Positions 26,943-35,293 of a stretch of 39,630 nt of DNA are shown here, in pieces. The stretch covers positions 1 through 39,630 of the forward strand of contig JAYEKK010000120.1 in NCBI GenBank assembly GCA_034660955.1. Reading direction: 5' to 3'. Within the stretch, counting starts at the first letter, position 1. Every line of letters begins with the position of its first letter. Below the pieces are notes generated by a model. It was given only the letters and a program-made list of their open reading frames with translations, had not been told where the DNA came from and searched no databases. This stretch comes from Candidatus Cloacimonadota bacterium. Lineage in GTDB: Bacteria; Cloacimonadota; Cloacimonadia; Cloacimonadales; TCS61. The translations under genes and the position numbers were made by a program.

Positions 26943-28304
26943 ATGAAAAGTTATTTAAGTGAATTTGTAGAAATAATGAAAGAAGAAGGATTGGAAGATT
27001 TGGTGATCCAGTCGTTTTCAAATTCCTATTATAAAATTCTTGAAGGTGCAACCGGAACACTCTCAGAAGCAGAGATCGAGCCGCCTGCAAAAGAAAATCT
27101 AATAAATTATAATGAACTGGAATTCTCTTCCTCTTCCCCATTAGAAAAACTTGTTGTGATAAAATTAAATGGTGGACTTGGGACCAGCATGGGACTCAAA
27201 AAAGCAAAAACACTTCTTAAAATTAAGGGAGAAAATAATTTCCTGGATGTTATTGTTCAACAGATATTACATTTACGGAAAGAATCTAAAAAAGATATTC
27301 CATTGATTTTAATGCACAGTTTTAATACTCAAAAAGATTCACTTTCCTATTTAGAAAAATACAGCAACCTGGCTCTTCCTCATATTCCACTCGATTTTGT
27401 GCAGAATAAATTTCCTAAGATTAAGTTAAGTGATCTTTCACCGTTGAATAATGAAAATGATAATCTTAATTGGAACCCTCCCGGACATGGTGAGATATAC
27501 ACAGCTCTTGCTATTTCCGGTGTTTTGGATAAACTGATCACACAGGGATTTGAATATGCATTTATTTCCAATTCTGATAATCTGGGTGCGGTAATTGATG
27601 AAAAAATATTAGCCCATTTTGCTGAAGAAAATATTCCTTTCATGATGGAAGTTTGTAAAAGAACTGAAATGGATAAGAAGGGAGGGCATCTGGCGCAGAC
27701 AAAAAAAGGACAGCTTATGCTGAGAGAAACAGCACAATGTCCGGATGATGAAGTTGCAATTTTTCAGGATATTAATAGATATTCTTACTTTAATACGAAC
27801 AATCTTTGGGTAAATCTTAAAGCATTAAAACAACGTTTGTATGAAACCAGATATCTGCTTCCACTCACAATGATTTTGAATAAAAAAGAAGTTGATGGTG
27901 AAAAAGTTTACCAGGTGGAATCCGCCATGGGAGCCGCAATAAGTGTATTTAAAAACTCTCGTGCTATAATTGTTGATCGTGATAGATTCGCACCGGTAAA
28001 AACAACAAATGATATGTTGGCGATTTTAAGTGATGCTTATGAACTCACATCTGATTATAAGTTAAAATTAGTTAATGAATATAGCAAAGCTCCACATATC
28101 GAATTGAAAGATGAATTTTATAAAAATATTAATGATTTTGAAAAACGATTTGCAAATGGGATCCCTTCTTTGAAGAAATGCAAAAGCCTTGAAATTTCAG
28201 GTGATGTTTACTTTGGAAAGAACGTTGATATAATTGGTGATGTAAAGATAACTAAAGATAGAAAACTGGAAAATTGTACTTTACATGATGAGAAAGTTAA
28301 GTAG
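26943..28304 (+). CDS. UTP--glucose-1-phosphate uridylyltransferase, eukaryote-type (UDPGP family), not GalU-type
   Basis: KLNGGLGTSMGLKKAKTLL is the UDPGP-family nucleotide-binding loop. The approximately 450-aa length and NPPGHGE/SNSDNLGA segments fit the UGPase architecture. Confidence 0.8.
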   Translation: MKSYLSEFVEIMKEEGLEDLVIQSFSNSYYKILEGATGTLSEAEIEPPAKENLINYNELEFSSSSPLEKLVVIKLNGGLGTSMGLKKAKTLLKIKGENNFLDVIVQQILHLRKESKKDIPLILMHSFNTQKDSLSYLEKYSNLALPHIPLDFVQNKFPKIKLSDLSPLNNENDNLNWNPPGHGEIYTALAISGVLDKLITQGFEYAFISNSDNLGAVIDEKILAHFAEENIPFMMEVCKRTEMDKKGGHLAQTKKGQLMLRETAQCPDDEVAIFQDINRYSYFNTNNLWVNLKALKQRLYETRYLLPLTMILNKKEVDGEKVYQVESAMGAAISVFKNSRAIIVDRDRFAPVKTTNDMLAILSDAYELTSDYKLKLVNEYSKAPHIELKDEFYKNINDFEKRFANGIPSLKKCKSLEISGDVYFGKNVDIIGDVKITKDRKLENCTLHDEKVK

Positions 28305-28310
28305 GATTAC

Positions 28311-28565
28311 ATGTTAAAAAAGGTTGATGTAATTCTTCCAATTTTATCATGTATGCTTATTATCTTCATTTATATTCTAAAAATTGAAAATAGTAGATTT
28401 ATTTTGGGAAGCATTTTGATTATTTATGGCTCATGGGGTATTTTCCGAAAAAGGATTTATATTAAATTAGAAGCATTCGAAGGTCTTTACGCAATCATAT
28501 TTTCAATTTTATATATAATAGCAGGACTTGTTTCAATAATTACCAAACTTAAAGACTTTTATTGA
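28311..28565 (+). CDS. Small hypothetical membrane protein (3 predicted TM helices)
   Basis: 84-aa hydrophobic ORF immediately after the UGPase gene. No family recognised. Confidence 0.4.
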   Translation: MLKKVDVILPILSCMLIIFIYILKIENSRFILGSILIIYGSWGIFRKRIYIKLEAFEGLYAIIFSILYIIAGLVSIITKLKDFY

Positions 28566-28583
28566 TAAGCGTTAGAACTAATT

Positions 28584-29444
28584 CTAACTATTCAATAGAT
28601 TATCAAAGTCGTTTTCAATTTCGCTGTAAGAGTCTTCCAGTATTTTTTTTAATGTGGCTTTTTGTATTTGTCTAACCCGCTCCCGAGATAATCCAAGCTC
28701 TTCACCTATCTGTGCAAAATTCTTTGATCTTCCACCTTCCAGACCAAAATATTGCTTTATAATATAGGCTTCACGAGTCCCAAGAGCATTAATTGATCTA
28801 TCGATACTTTCTTCCACTTTCTCACGATAGTACAATGTTTTTGGATCGACTCCACTCCTATCAGTCAGCAATTCACTAAGTGCTACGTTACTGTGATTTC
28901 TAGAAAAATCAGCATTATCAATTGAGAGCGTATTCTTAGTTTGACCGCTTACTTTTTTTATAGCATTTTCATCCAGATTTGTGATCTCAGAGATCTCTTT
29001 GATTGTTGCTTTGTGTCCTGTTTCGCTGAAAACTTTATCTTTGGCATATTTAATTTTATTAGCTTGCGTTGCTTTCCCAAGCGGCATTCTAATGACCGAA
29101 GTTTTCTCTGCGAGCGCAAAAAGAATTTTCTGTCGAATCCACCAAACTGCATAAGAAATAAGTTTATTATGCAATTTTGGATCGAATTTATCAATCGCTT
29201 TAATAAGCCCCATATTTCCTTCACTGATAAGTTCAGAAAGAGTTAATCCGCGATTTTGATATTTTGCTGCAATTTTAACCACAAATTTAAGGTTGGAAGT
29301 AACAAGTTTTTCGATTGCTGCTTTATTACCTTTTTGAGCTTTAATCGCTAATGCGTGCTCTTCTTCTCTGCTCAATGGTTCGATCTCTGCTATCTGATTA
29401 AGATAACTCTGCAACGCCTTATCATTAAATACGTTTTCTGCCAT
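28584..29444 (-). CDS. RNA polymerase sigma-70 family factor, compact RpoD-like (no region 1.1), as in FCB-group primary sigma factors
   Basis: Region 2 is KFVVKIAAKYQNRGLTLSELISEGNMGLIKAIDKFDP...YAVWWIRQ. Region 3 is IRMPL. Region 4.2 is FAQIGEELGLSRERVRQIQ. Confidence 0.85.
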   Translation of the reverse strand: MAENVFNDKALQSYLNQIAEIEPLSREEEHALAIKAQKGNKAAIEKLVTSNLKFVVKIAAKYQNRGLTLSELISEGNMGLIKAIDKFDPKLHNKLISYAVWWIRQKILFALAEKTSVIRMPLGKATQANKIKYAKDKVFSETGHKATIKEISEITNLDENAIKKVSGQTKNTLSIDNADFSRNHSNVALSELLTDRSGVDPKTLYYREKVEESIDRSINALGTREAYIIKQYFGLEGGRSKNFAQIGEELGLSRERVRQIQKATLKKILEDSYSEIENDFDNLLNS

Positions 29445-29531
29445 TAACTATTCCTTTCCTTTTGACTAGATTAACATGATCTACAGGAATATGTCTAAAC
29501 AAATTTCTTTTTTATCAACTTCTTCAATTTT

Positions 29532-29661
29532 CATCTTGCCAATCCTGTAAATCCTGTCTAATTCTTTTCTGACGGGATTAACAAGATTAACGGGATAATG
29601 TCTTTTTCCCTTCTTTTTTGTCTTTTCAGTTTTTATCCTGTCAATCCTGTTTATCCTGTCC
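29532..29661. repeat. Three blocks of 9-10-bp-spaced heptad repeats forming alternative inverted repeats
   Basis: Block 29532-29558 reads ATCTTGC / ATCCTGT / ATCCTGT. Block 29571-29598 reads ACGGGAT / ACAAGAT / ACGGGAT, in the opposite orientation. Block 29633-29661 reads ATCCTGT x3. By hand alignment the middle block is an imperfect reverse complement of both outer blocks, roughly 20/28 and 23/28 Watson-Crick. Confidence 0.8.
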
Positions 29662-29668
29662 ATTCTTT

Positions 29669-29971
29669 TCAAACCTGGAATTCACGAATATGATCATAAA
29701 TAAAATCAAGAAGTTCATCATTGTTCATATTAAGTTTTTTTGCGAGAGAGAAAACGATTTTTACGCCGGAAAGATTCATTCCAAGTTCAAGCGTTAATGT
29801 AATGATCGTGGTAACTTTTGTAACATCGTCCCTTGTAAAAAGTCTTGTATTATGATCTGATCTGATAGGTTTTAATAACCCTTTCCGTTCATACATCCTA
29901 ATAGTTTGATCATGGACCCCAAGCTGCTTTGCAACTTCTCCGATCTTAAGCAATTTATTTTTATCTACCAT
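29669..29971 (-). CDS. MerR-family transcriptional regulator (HspR-like)
   Basis: N-terminal HTH: LKIGEVAKQLGVHDQTIRMYERKGLLKPIRSDHNTRLFTRDDV. This is followed by GMNLSGVKIV, as in HspR-type repressors. Confidence 0.75.
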   Translation of the reverse strand: MVDKNKLLKIGEVAKQLGVHDQTIRMYERKGLLKPIRSDHNTRLFTRDDVTKVTTIITLTLELGMNLSGVKIVFSLAKKLNMNNDELLDFIYDHIREFQV

Positions 29972-29987
29972 AATTTCCTAATATAAT

Positions 29988-30908
29988 CTATAATTCGGGC
30001 AATACTTTACGCGGATTGATAGCTTTCCCTTTTATCCGGTATTCAAAATGAAGATGCGGACCACTCGCTGTCCCCGTTTGCCCCACCGTAGCAATTGGCT
30101 GTCCTTTATTTACCATCTCTCCCAACCTGACAAGATTCGTTTCATTATGTGCATAAACAGTCATGGCATTATCATCATGCTCAAGTATTATTACGTTCCC
30201 ATAACCATGCTGAGTACCTGAATAAACAACTTTACCTTTAAGAGCTGCATGGATGGGATTTCCTTTGTCGGCAGAGATATCAATTCCTTTATGAGGTCTG
30301 CCGTTACGTAAACCAAATTCTGAAGTTACTGTTCCATTTAAAGGTAAGGTTAGTTTGGTTTTTGGTTTTGTGATAGTAGGATGTGTAGGGATTGGCTTTC
30401 CTGTTTTTGTCGTTTTTGGTTTTGCTTCTTTTCCTGTTGGTTTGGAAGCTTCTACCGGTCTTGTTTTTCCTGCTATTAACATGATCTTTCTACCTGGTTT
30501 AAGTTTGTAAGTATTCAAATTATTGTAATCAAGAATATCAAAAACACTTAATCCATACATTTTAGCAATGCGGTGAATTGATTCTTTTGTTTTAACCAAG
30601 TGATAACCTTTTTTGGGGATTTTACGCTGGGTTACAAATTCCTGCTTTTTAGTCGGATGTGGATAAAGGAATATTTTTTGCCCAATAAATATGTGATCTG
30701 AAGTCATATTATTAAAGAGTTTAATTTTCTCGATAGAAAGTGAGTATTGTCTGGCAATGGATTGCAGTGTCTCACCCCTTTTTACAATATGATAGTCACC
30801 AGAAGGTGTAATATAAAGCGGATTACTGGATAGTGCAAGCATAGTAGAAAACAGTGTGATTAATACGAAACATAATGTAATTTGCAACTTCCATTTTTTA
30901 GTTTTCAT
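29988..30908 (-). CDS. LysM-domain (x2) M23-family peptidoglycan metalloendopeptidase
   Basis: Two LysM repeats: YHIVKRGETLQSIARQYSLS and YHLVKTKESIHRIAKMYGLS. M23 motifs: HKGIDISA, YGNVIILEH, GQTGTASGPHLHFE. Confidence 0.9.
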   Translation of the reverse strand: MKTKKWKLQITLCFVLITLFSTMLALSSNPLYITPSGDYHIVKRGETLQSIARQYSLSIEKIKLFNNMTSDHIFIGQKIFLYPHPTKKQEFVTQRKIPKKGYHLVKTKESIHRIAKMYGLSVFDILDYNNLNTYKLKPGRKIMLIAGKTRPVEASKPTGKEAKPKTTKTGKPIPTHPTITKPKTKLTLPLNGTVTSEFGLRNGRPHKGIDISADKGNPIHAALKGKVVYSGTQHGYGNVIILEHDDNAMTVYAHNETNLVRLGEMVNKGQPIATVGQTGTASGPHLHFEYRIKGKAINPRKVLPEL

Positions 30909-30925
30909 TCTATCTAATTTCCAAA

Positions 30926-31198
30926 TTAATATTTGATACTAAAACCTGAGTACTCTTCACCAATAATGATCTTGGATGTTTGTATTTCATCAACTCTTGC
31001 CATGGAAGGTCCTTCCTTCAGCATAGTTATAAAAATATTCATGGTATTTTCCTCTCCGATGGCAATAACTTTCACACTTCCATTTACCATGTTCTTTGCA
31101 TATCCTTTTATATTGAGTTCTTTTGCTCTGTGCAAAACAAATGCACGATAGCATACACCCTGAACTCTACCCGAAACTATTATTTCTAAATTTTTCAT
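30926..31198 (-). CDS. acyP: Acylphosphatase
   Basis: 90 aa. The VSGRVQGVCYR phosphate-binding loop and the GYAKNMVNGSVKV motif are present. Confidence 0.85.
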   Translation of the reverse strand: MKNLEIIVSGRVQGVCYRAFVLHRAKELNIKGYAKNMVNGSVKVIAIGEENTMNIFITMLKEGPSMARVDEIQTSKIIIGEEYSGFSIKY

Positions 31199-31352
31199 AG
31201 TATACCTAATTAATACGAAAACACTCTATAAATATGAGTGAGTCCATGTCAAATAATTTAATTAAATAGAAAAAAGTTTGATTGCATTTCTGTATCTATT
31301 TTGCACTTGACATCCCTAATATACTTTAGAAATCTACCAAAAAGGAAATTTT

Positions 31353-31967
31353 ATGAATAAAGAAATTTTTAGAAAATATTTAGAGAAACATTTACCCCAA
31401 AAAGCTGATGAATTGATGATCTCATTTGAAAGATTTCTAGAAGCTTTATGGGAGGAGAATTCTAAAGTTAATCTTATTTCGCGAAAAACACCTAAAGAAG
31501 AATACTGGACTCGGCACTTTTTAGATTCTCTTCTTCCAATAGAAATGACAGACCTTTCCAACAAAAAAATACTGGATTTTGGAACAGGTGGCGGATTGCC
31601 CGGAATACCCTTGAATCTTGTTTACCCAAGCTCAGAAATATATCTGCTGGATTCTACACATAAAAAGATCAATGCAGTAAAAGATATAATTAAAATACTT
31701 GACTTGCCATCGTGTTTCACGATTGTTTCACGGTTAGAAGATTTAGAGAGTAGTTGGTTTGGATTTTTTGATATTATAGTGTGCAGGTCAGTGAAAATAT
31801 TGCCGAAATATAAAAGCATTTTATTTAAGTTGATAAAAAATAATGGGAAGATAATTTTATATAAAAGCAAACTGATGGATGATATTGGGCAATTTAAAAA
31901 GTATCTGATCCATGATGTTTCACATCCTGCAATTGGTGAGCGAAAAATAATTGTAATTGAAATGTAG
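31353..31967 (+). CDS. rsmG: 16S rRNA (guanine527-N7)-methyltransferase RsmG (GidB)
   Basis: Motifs: NLISRKTPKEEYWTRHFLDSL and ILDFGTGGGLPGIPL. It occupies the classic position upstream of parA-parB. Confidence 0.85.
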   Translation: MNKEIFRKYLEKHLPQKADELMISFERFLEALWEENSKVNLISRKTPKEEYWTRHFLDSLLPIEMTDLSNKKILDFGTGGGLPGIPLNLVYPSSEIYLLDSTHKKINAVKDIIKILDLPSCFTIVSRLEDLESSWFGFFDIIVCRSVKILPKYKSILFKLIKNNGKIILYKSKLMDDIGQFKKYLIHDVSHPAIGERKIIVIEM

Positions 31968-32020
31968 CTATAAATAAATAGGCAGAGAATACGATCTCGG
32001 CTGAATATTCTGGAGAAAAC

Positions 32021-32776
32021 ATGGGAAAAATTATCGCAATTGTAAATCAGAAAGGCGGCGTTGGAAAAACAACTTCTGCGGTCAATATTGCCTCTGCCCT
32101 TGCAATTTATGAGAAGAAGACACTGTTAATAGATTTTGATCCTCAAGGTAATTCATCCAGCGGAATAGGTGTGGATGGAAATAGTCCTAATATTTACGAA
32201 GCACTTATAGGTGAAGTTAAAATGAGCGAAGTAATAAAGAAATCTCCGATATTAGACAAACTGGATATTGTTCCATCCAATGTAGATCTGAGCGGTGCGG
32301 AAATTGAATTGGTAAAAGAATATTCGCGTGAATTCAAACTGAAAGAAGCATTAGAACCTATCAAAAATGATTATGATTATATTATTGTCGACTGCCCCCC
32401 GTCGTTAGGTTTGCTTACCGTAAATACACTTACTGCCTGTACAGACGTACTTATTCCAATTCAGTGTGAATATTATGCACTTGAGGGCGTGAGTCAGCTT
32501 CTTAATACAATTAGATTAATCAAAAAAGGGCTTAATCCAGATTTGAATATTATGGGAATTCTGCTCACAATGTATGATAGAAGACTCAACCTTTCTCTTC
32601 AGGTAGCAAAGGAAGTGAGACGCTATTTTCAGGAACAGGCATTCAGTACTATAATTCATCGAAGTGTGAAATTGAGTGAAGCACCCAGTTTTGGGAAGTC
32701 AATATTCCATTACGATATTAAATCGTCAGGTGCAAAAAGCTATTTGCAATTAGCAAAGGAAGTGATGGCAAGATGA
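32021..32776 (+). CDS. parA: Chromosome-partitioning ATPase ParA/Soj
   Basis: Deviant Walker A is NQKGGVGKTT. IIVDCPPSLG and the PIQCEYYALEG motifs are present. Confidence 0.92.
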   Translation: MGKIIAIVNQKGGVGKTTSAVNIASALAIYEKKTLLIDFDPQGNSSSGIGVDGNSPNIYEALIGEVKMSEVIKKSPILDKLDIVPSNVDLSGAEIELVKEYSREFKLKEALEPIKNDYDYIIVDCPPSLGLLTVNTLTACTDVLIPIQCEYYALEGVSQLLNTIRLIKKGLNPDLNIMGILLTMYDRRLNLSLQVAKEVRRYFQEQAFSTIIHRSVKLSEAPSFGKSIFHYDIKSSGAKSYLQLAKEVMAR

Positions 32777-33624
32777 CAAAATTAGGAAAAGGATTAGAAG
32801 CACTAATAAGTTCAGTTCCGGAATCTACAGATGTTTCAACCGGAATAACAACGATAAAAACGGATAAAATAAAACCCAATAGATTCCAACCAAGAAAGTT
32901 ATTTAATTCTGAGAAATTACAGGAATTGGCGAATTCACTGAAAGAGAACGGGATAATTCAGCCCATCATTGTAACCACAAAAGATGAAGGCGAGTATGAG
33001 CTTATTGCCGGAGAGCGCAGATTAGAAGCTTCCAAATTGGCGGGATTCAGTGAAATACCTGTTATTATTCGCAGTGTATCACCCAAAGAACAATTACAAT
33101 TTGCGATAATTGAGAATGTGCAGAGAGAGGATCTTACAGCTATTGAAGAAGCAAATGCATATCAGCAATTAAATGAAGAATTCAAACTTACTCACGCACA
33201 AATATCTGAAATCGTAGGTAAGGATAGAGCAACAATAACCAATTTTATCAGGCTGCTGAAGTTAAGCGAGAATGTGCAACAGATGATACTGAACGATCAA
33301 ATATCATCTGGTCATGCCAGGGCAATATTACAAGTAAATGAAGAACTTCGTGATGAATTTTCACGGTTTATCTTAAAGAATAAACTTTCCGTACGAAAAA
33401 CAGAAGAAGAAGCTAAGCACATAAAAGAGACCGGATCAGTTTCCCATTCCAAAAAGAAAAAAGAAGTTATTAAAATTCCTGAATTAAGGGAATTTGAAAA
33501 AAAACTAAAACAGAAATTCAAATCTAAGGTTAAAATATCTGACAATAACTATAAAGGTAAAGTCAGTTTTTATTATTCCTCACAAGATGAATTGAATAAA
33601 TTATTGGAAAAACTGGGAAAATGA
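32773..33624 (+). CDS. parB: Chromosome-partitioning protein ParB/Spo0J
   Basis: ParB box: GIIQPIIV...YELIAGERRLEASKLAG. HTH: THAQISEIVGKDRATITNFIRLLKL. ATGA overlap with parA. Confidence 0.92.
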   Translation: MTKLGKGLEALISSVPESTDVSTGITTIKTDKIKPNRFQPRKLFNSEKLQELANSLKENGIIQPIIVTTKDEGEYELIAGERRLEASKLAGFSEIPVIIRSVSPKEQLQFAIIENVQREDLTAIEEANAYQQLNEEFKLTHAQISEIVGKDRATITNFIRLLKLSENVQQMILNDQISSGHARAILQVNEELRDEFSRFILKNKLSVRKTEEEAKHIKETGSVSHSKKKKEVIKIPELREFEKKLKQKFKSKVKISDNNYKGKVSFYYSSQDELNKLLEKLGK

Positions 33625-34286
33625 AAATTATTATTGCCATATTATTGATTATCGTTGTACTTATTACAGCTTGGTTCTATGCAGAAAACATCAAATTGAA
33701 AAAGCAGGTAGCAGAGCAACAAGGAGAATTAGATATTTCCGCAAAATACATAAAACGATTAAATAGAAAAATAGCAGAAGATCGCAATCTTGTTTCATCT
33801 TCCAAAACAAATGAAGAGAAGATCCGGGCATTGATGGATACTTACATGAAAGAGCAAAACAAAGATGTGTATGTAGATTCAGGGAAGGCTATTCAATATG
33901 ATGAACAACGTAGGTTTCTGCCTGACATTATTCCCGTAAAAGGTGATTTTGCTATAAGTCAAAGATTTTCTGAAAAGCATCCGGCATGGGATTTTGCGGC
34001 CGCCAAAGGCACAGAAGTTGTAGCTGTTGCAGCGGGTGAAATACTTTCAGTATATCACGATGAACATTACGGAAATGTAATAATAATAGATCATTTCAAT
34101 GAATATGCTACGCTTTATGCACATCTTGCAACTATTTTTTTTGAAAGCAAAAATACTGTAGAAAAGGGAGAGACTATTGCACTGGTTGGAAATACCGGAA
34201 ATAGCTCTGCTCCGCATCTGCATTATGAAATAATGTTCGATGGAAAAAATGTCGATCCAAAAGAATATATTGATGTAATAAAGTAG
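33621..34286 (+). CDS. Membrane-anchored M23-family (LytM-like) peptidase with coiled-coil linker
   Basis: N-terminal TM helix. M23 motifs: HPAWDFAAAKGTEV, YGNVIIIDH, GNTGNSSAPHLHYE. ATGA overlap with parB. Confidence 0.85.
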   Translation: MKIIIAILLIIVVLITAWFYAENIKLKKQVAEQQGELDISAKYIKRLNRKIAEDRNLVSSSKTNEEKIRALMDTYMKEQNKDVYVDSGKAIQYDEQRRFLPDIIPVKGDFAISQRFSEKHPAWDFAAAKGTEVVAVAAGEILSVYHDEHYGNVIIIDHFNEYATLYAHLATIFFESKNTVEKGETIALVGNTGNSSAPHLHYEIMFDGKNVDPKEYIDVIK

Positions 34287-34299
34287 GAGGAAATATAAT

Positions 34300-34698
34300 A
34301 TGAACAAGAATAGAAAAGTTGAGCTTTCAACTATAATTGGAAAAGGGAGTAAAATAAAGGGCACACTTTACGTTCAGGGTGGCGTGCGAATAGATGGTGA
34401 AGTAGAAGGTACAATTGAATCTGACGGATTCGTAACTATTGGATCTTCCGGTGTTGCCAGGGCTAATATTAAAGCAGATGAATGTCTAATCTCCGGCAAA
34501 GTAGTTGGAAATGTAACCTGTAAAGATGCTATTGAATTGGATAGAAGTGCCAGAATGAATGGTGATATTGTTGCTAAAATCCTAATGATACATACCGGAG
34601 CAGTATTCAACGGTAAAAGTTCAATGACTTCAAATTCCAAAACAATAAAAAATCCAATAATAAAAGAAAATGTGGAAAAAAAAGAACCAACTGAATAA
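34300..34698 (+). CDS. Bactofilin (CcmA-like polymer-forming cytoskeletal protein)
   Basis: The bactofilin beta-helix repeat pattern is present: IKGTLYVQGGVRIDGEVEGTIESDGFVTIGSSGVARANIKADECLISGKVVGNVTC. AGGAGG RBS. Confidence 0.85.
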   Translation: MNKNRKVELSTIIGKGSKIKGTLYVQGGVRIDGEVEGTIESDGFVTIGSSGVARANIKADECLISGKVVGNVTCKDAIELDRSARMNGDIVAKILMIHTGAVFNGKSSMTSNSKTIKNPIIKENVEKKEPTE

Positions 34699-34903
34699 TG
34701 AATTATTGAAATATATAAGTTTGATAACACAGTTAGGTCTTACCATAATAAGTTCAATACTTATTTTTTTAGTTGGAGCAATATACATGGAGAAGAAATT
34801 CCAAACAGAAGGTGTATTGATTTTGGTTGGTGTATTAATTGGTGTTGCTGCTGGAGTTTTTGCAGCATACAAATTATTAAAAAAAACGTTAGAAAAAGAA
34901 TGA
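34670..34903 (+). CDS. AtpZ/AtpI-family small membrane protein preceding the ATP synthase genes
   Basis: 77 aa with two TM helices and the GVLIGVAAGVFAAYKLL tail typical of the family. The start overlaps the bactofilin 3' end by 29 nt, so the exact start is uncertain. Confidence 0.6.
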   Translation: MWKKKNQLNNELLKYISLITQLGLTIISSILIFLVGAIYMEKKFQTEGVLILVGVLIGVAAGVFAAYKLLKKTLEKE

Positions 34904-35292
34904 ACAAAAATATGGAAGATAATAATAAATATATCAAAAAAATATTGCTGATTATTCTCTTGACAAACATACCTGCGTTTTTGACTTTACCGTGGTTCTT
35001 TAATCAGTCTATAAGTTGGATTATGGGTACAATAGGCAGTGCTGGAAATTTTTTTTGGTTGGCTCATAACCTAAAGAAAAGTATTGGACTTTTACCAACG
35101 AAATCACGGGTGAGTGCTGCAAAAGGCTCTCTAACAAGATATGCTGCATTAACAATATTTGCACTTGCAGTCTTCTTTCTGGTAAAGCCGAATATTATAA
35201 TTTTCGGTGCCGGCTTGCTTTCTGCACAGATCGTGATATATATAGTTGAAATTGTAAGAAATTTGAAAAACAATAAGTATTTTAGAGGGTAG
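34900..35292 (+). CDS. atpI: ATP synthase protein I (AtpI-like)
   Basis: 130-aa protein with about 4 TM helices, directly upstream of the a subunit. ATGA overlap with the preceding gene. Confidence 0.55.
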   Translation: MNKNMEDNNKYIKKILLIILLTNIPAFLTLPWFFNQSISWIMGTIGSAGNFFWLAHNLKKSIGLLPTKSRVSAAKGSLTRYAALTIFALAVFFLVKPNIIIFGAGLLSAQIVIYIVEIVRNLKNNKYFRG

Positions 35293-35293
35293 A

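Noticed and set aside
29481-29672. 63-aa track ORF (MKRMDRINRIDRIKTEK...PVNLVNPV...DRIYRIGKM).
   Set aside because: Its periodic peptide is simply the translation of the heptad DNA repeats in the intergenic spacer. There is no RBS and no family resemblance.
31713-31732. Two direct TGTTTCACG half-sites inside rsmG, and GGTTTCACGTG at 39438-39448 in atpA, considered as candidate parS sites.
   Set aside because: parS is a 16-bp palindrome (TGTTNCACGTGAAACA). These are direct half-sites, or a 10/16 match inside conserved coding sequence. No full palindrome was found by eye.
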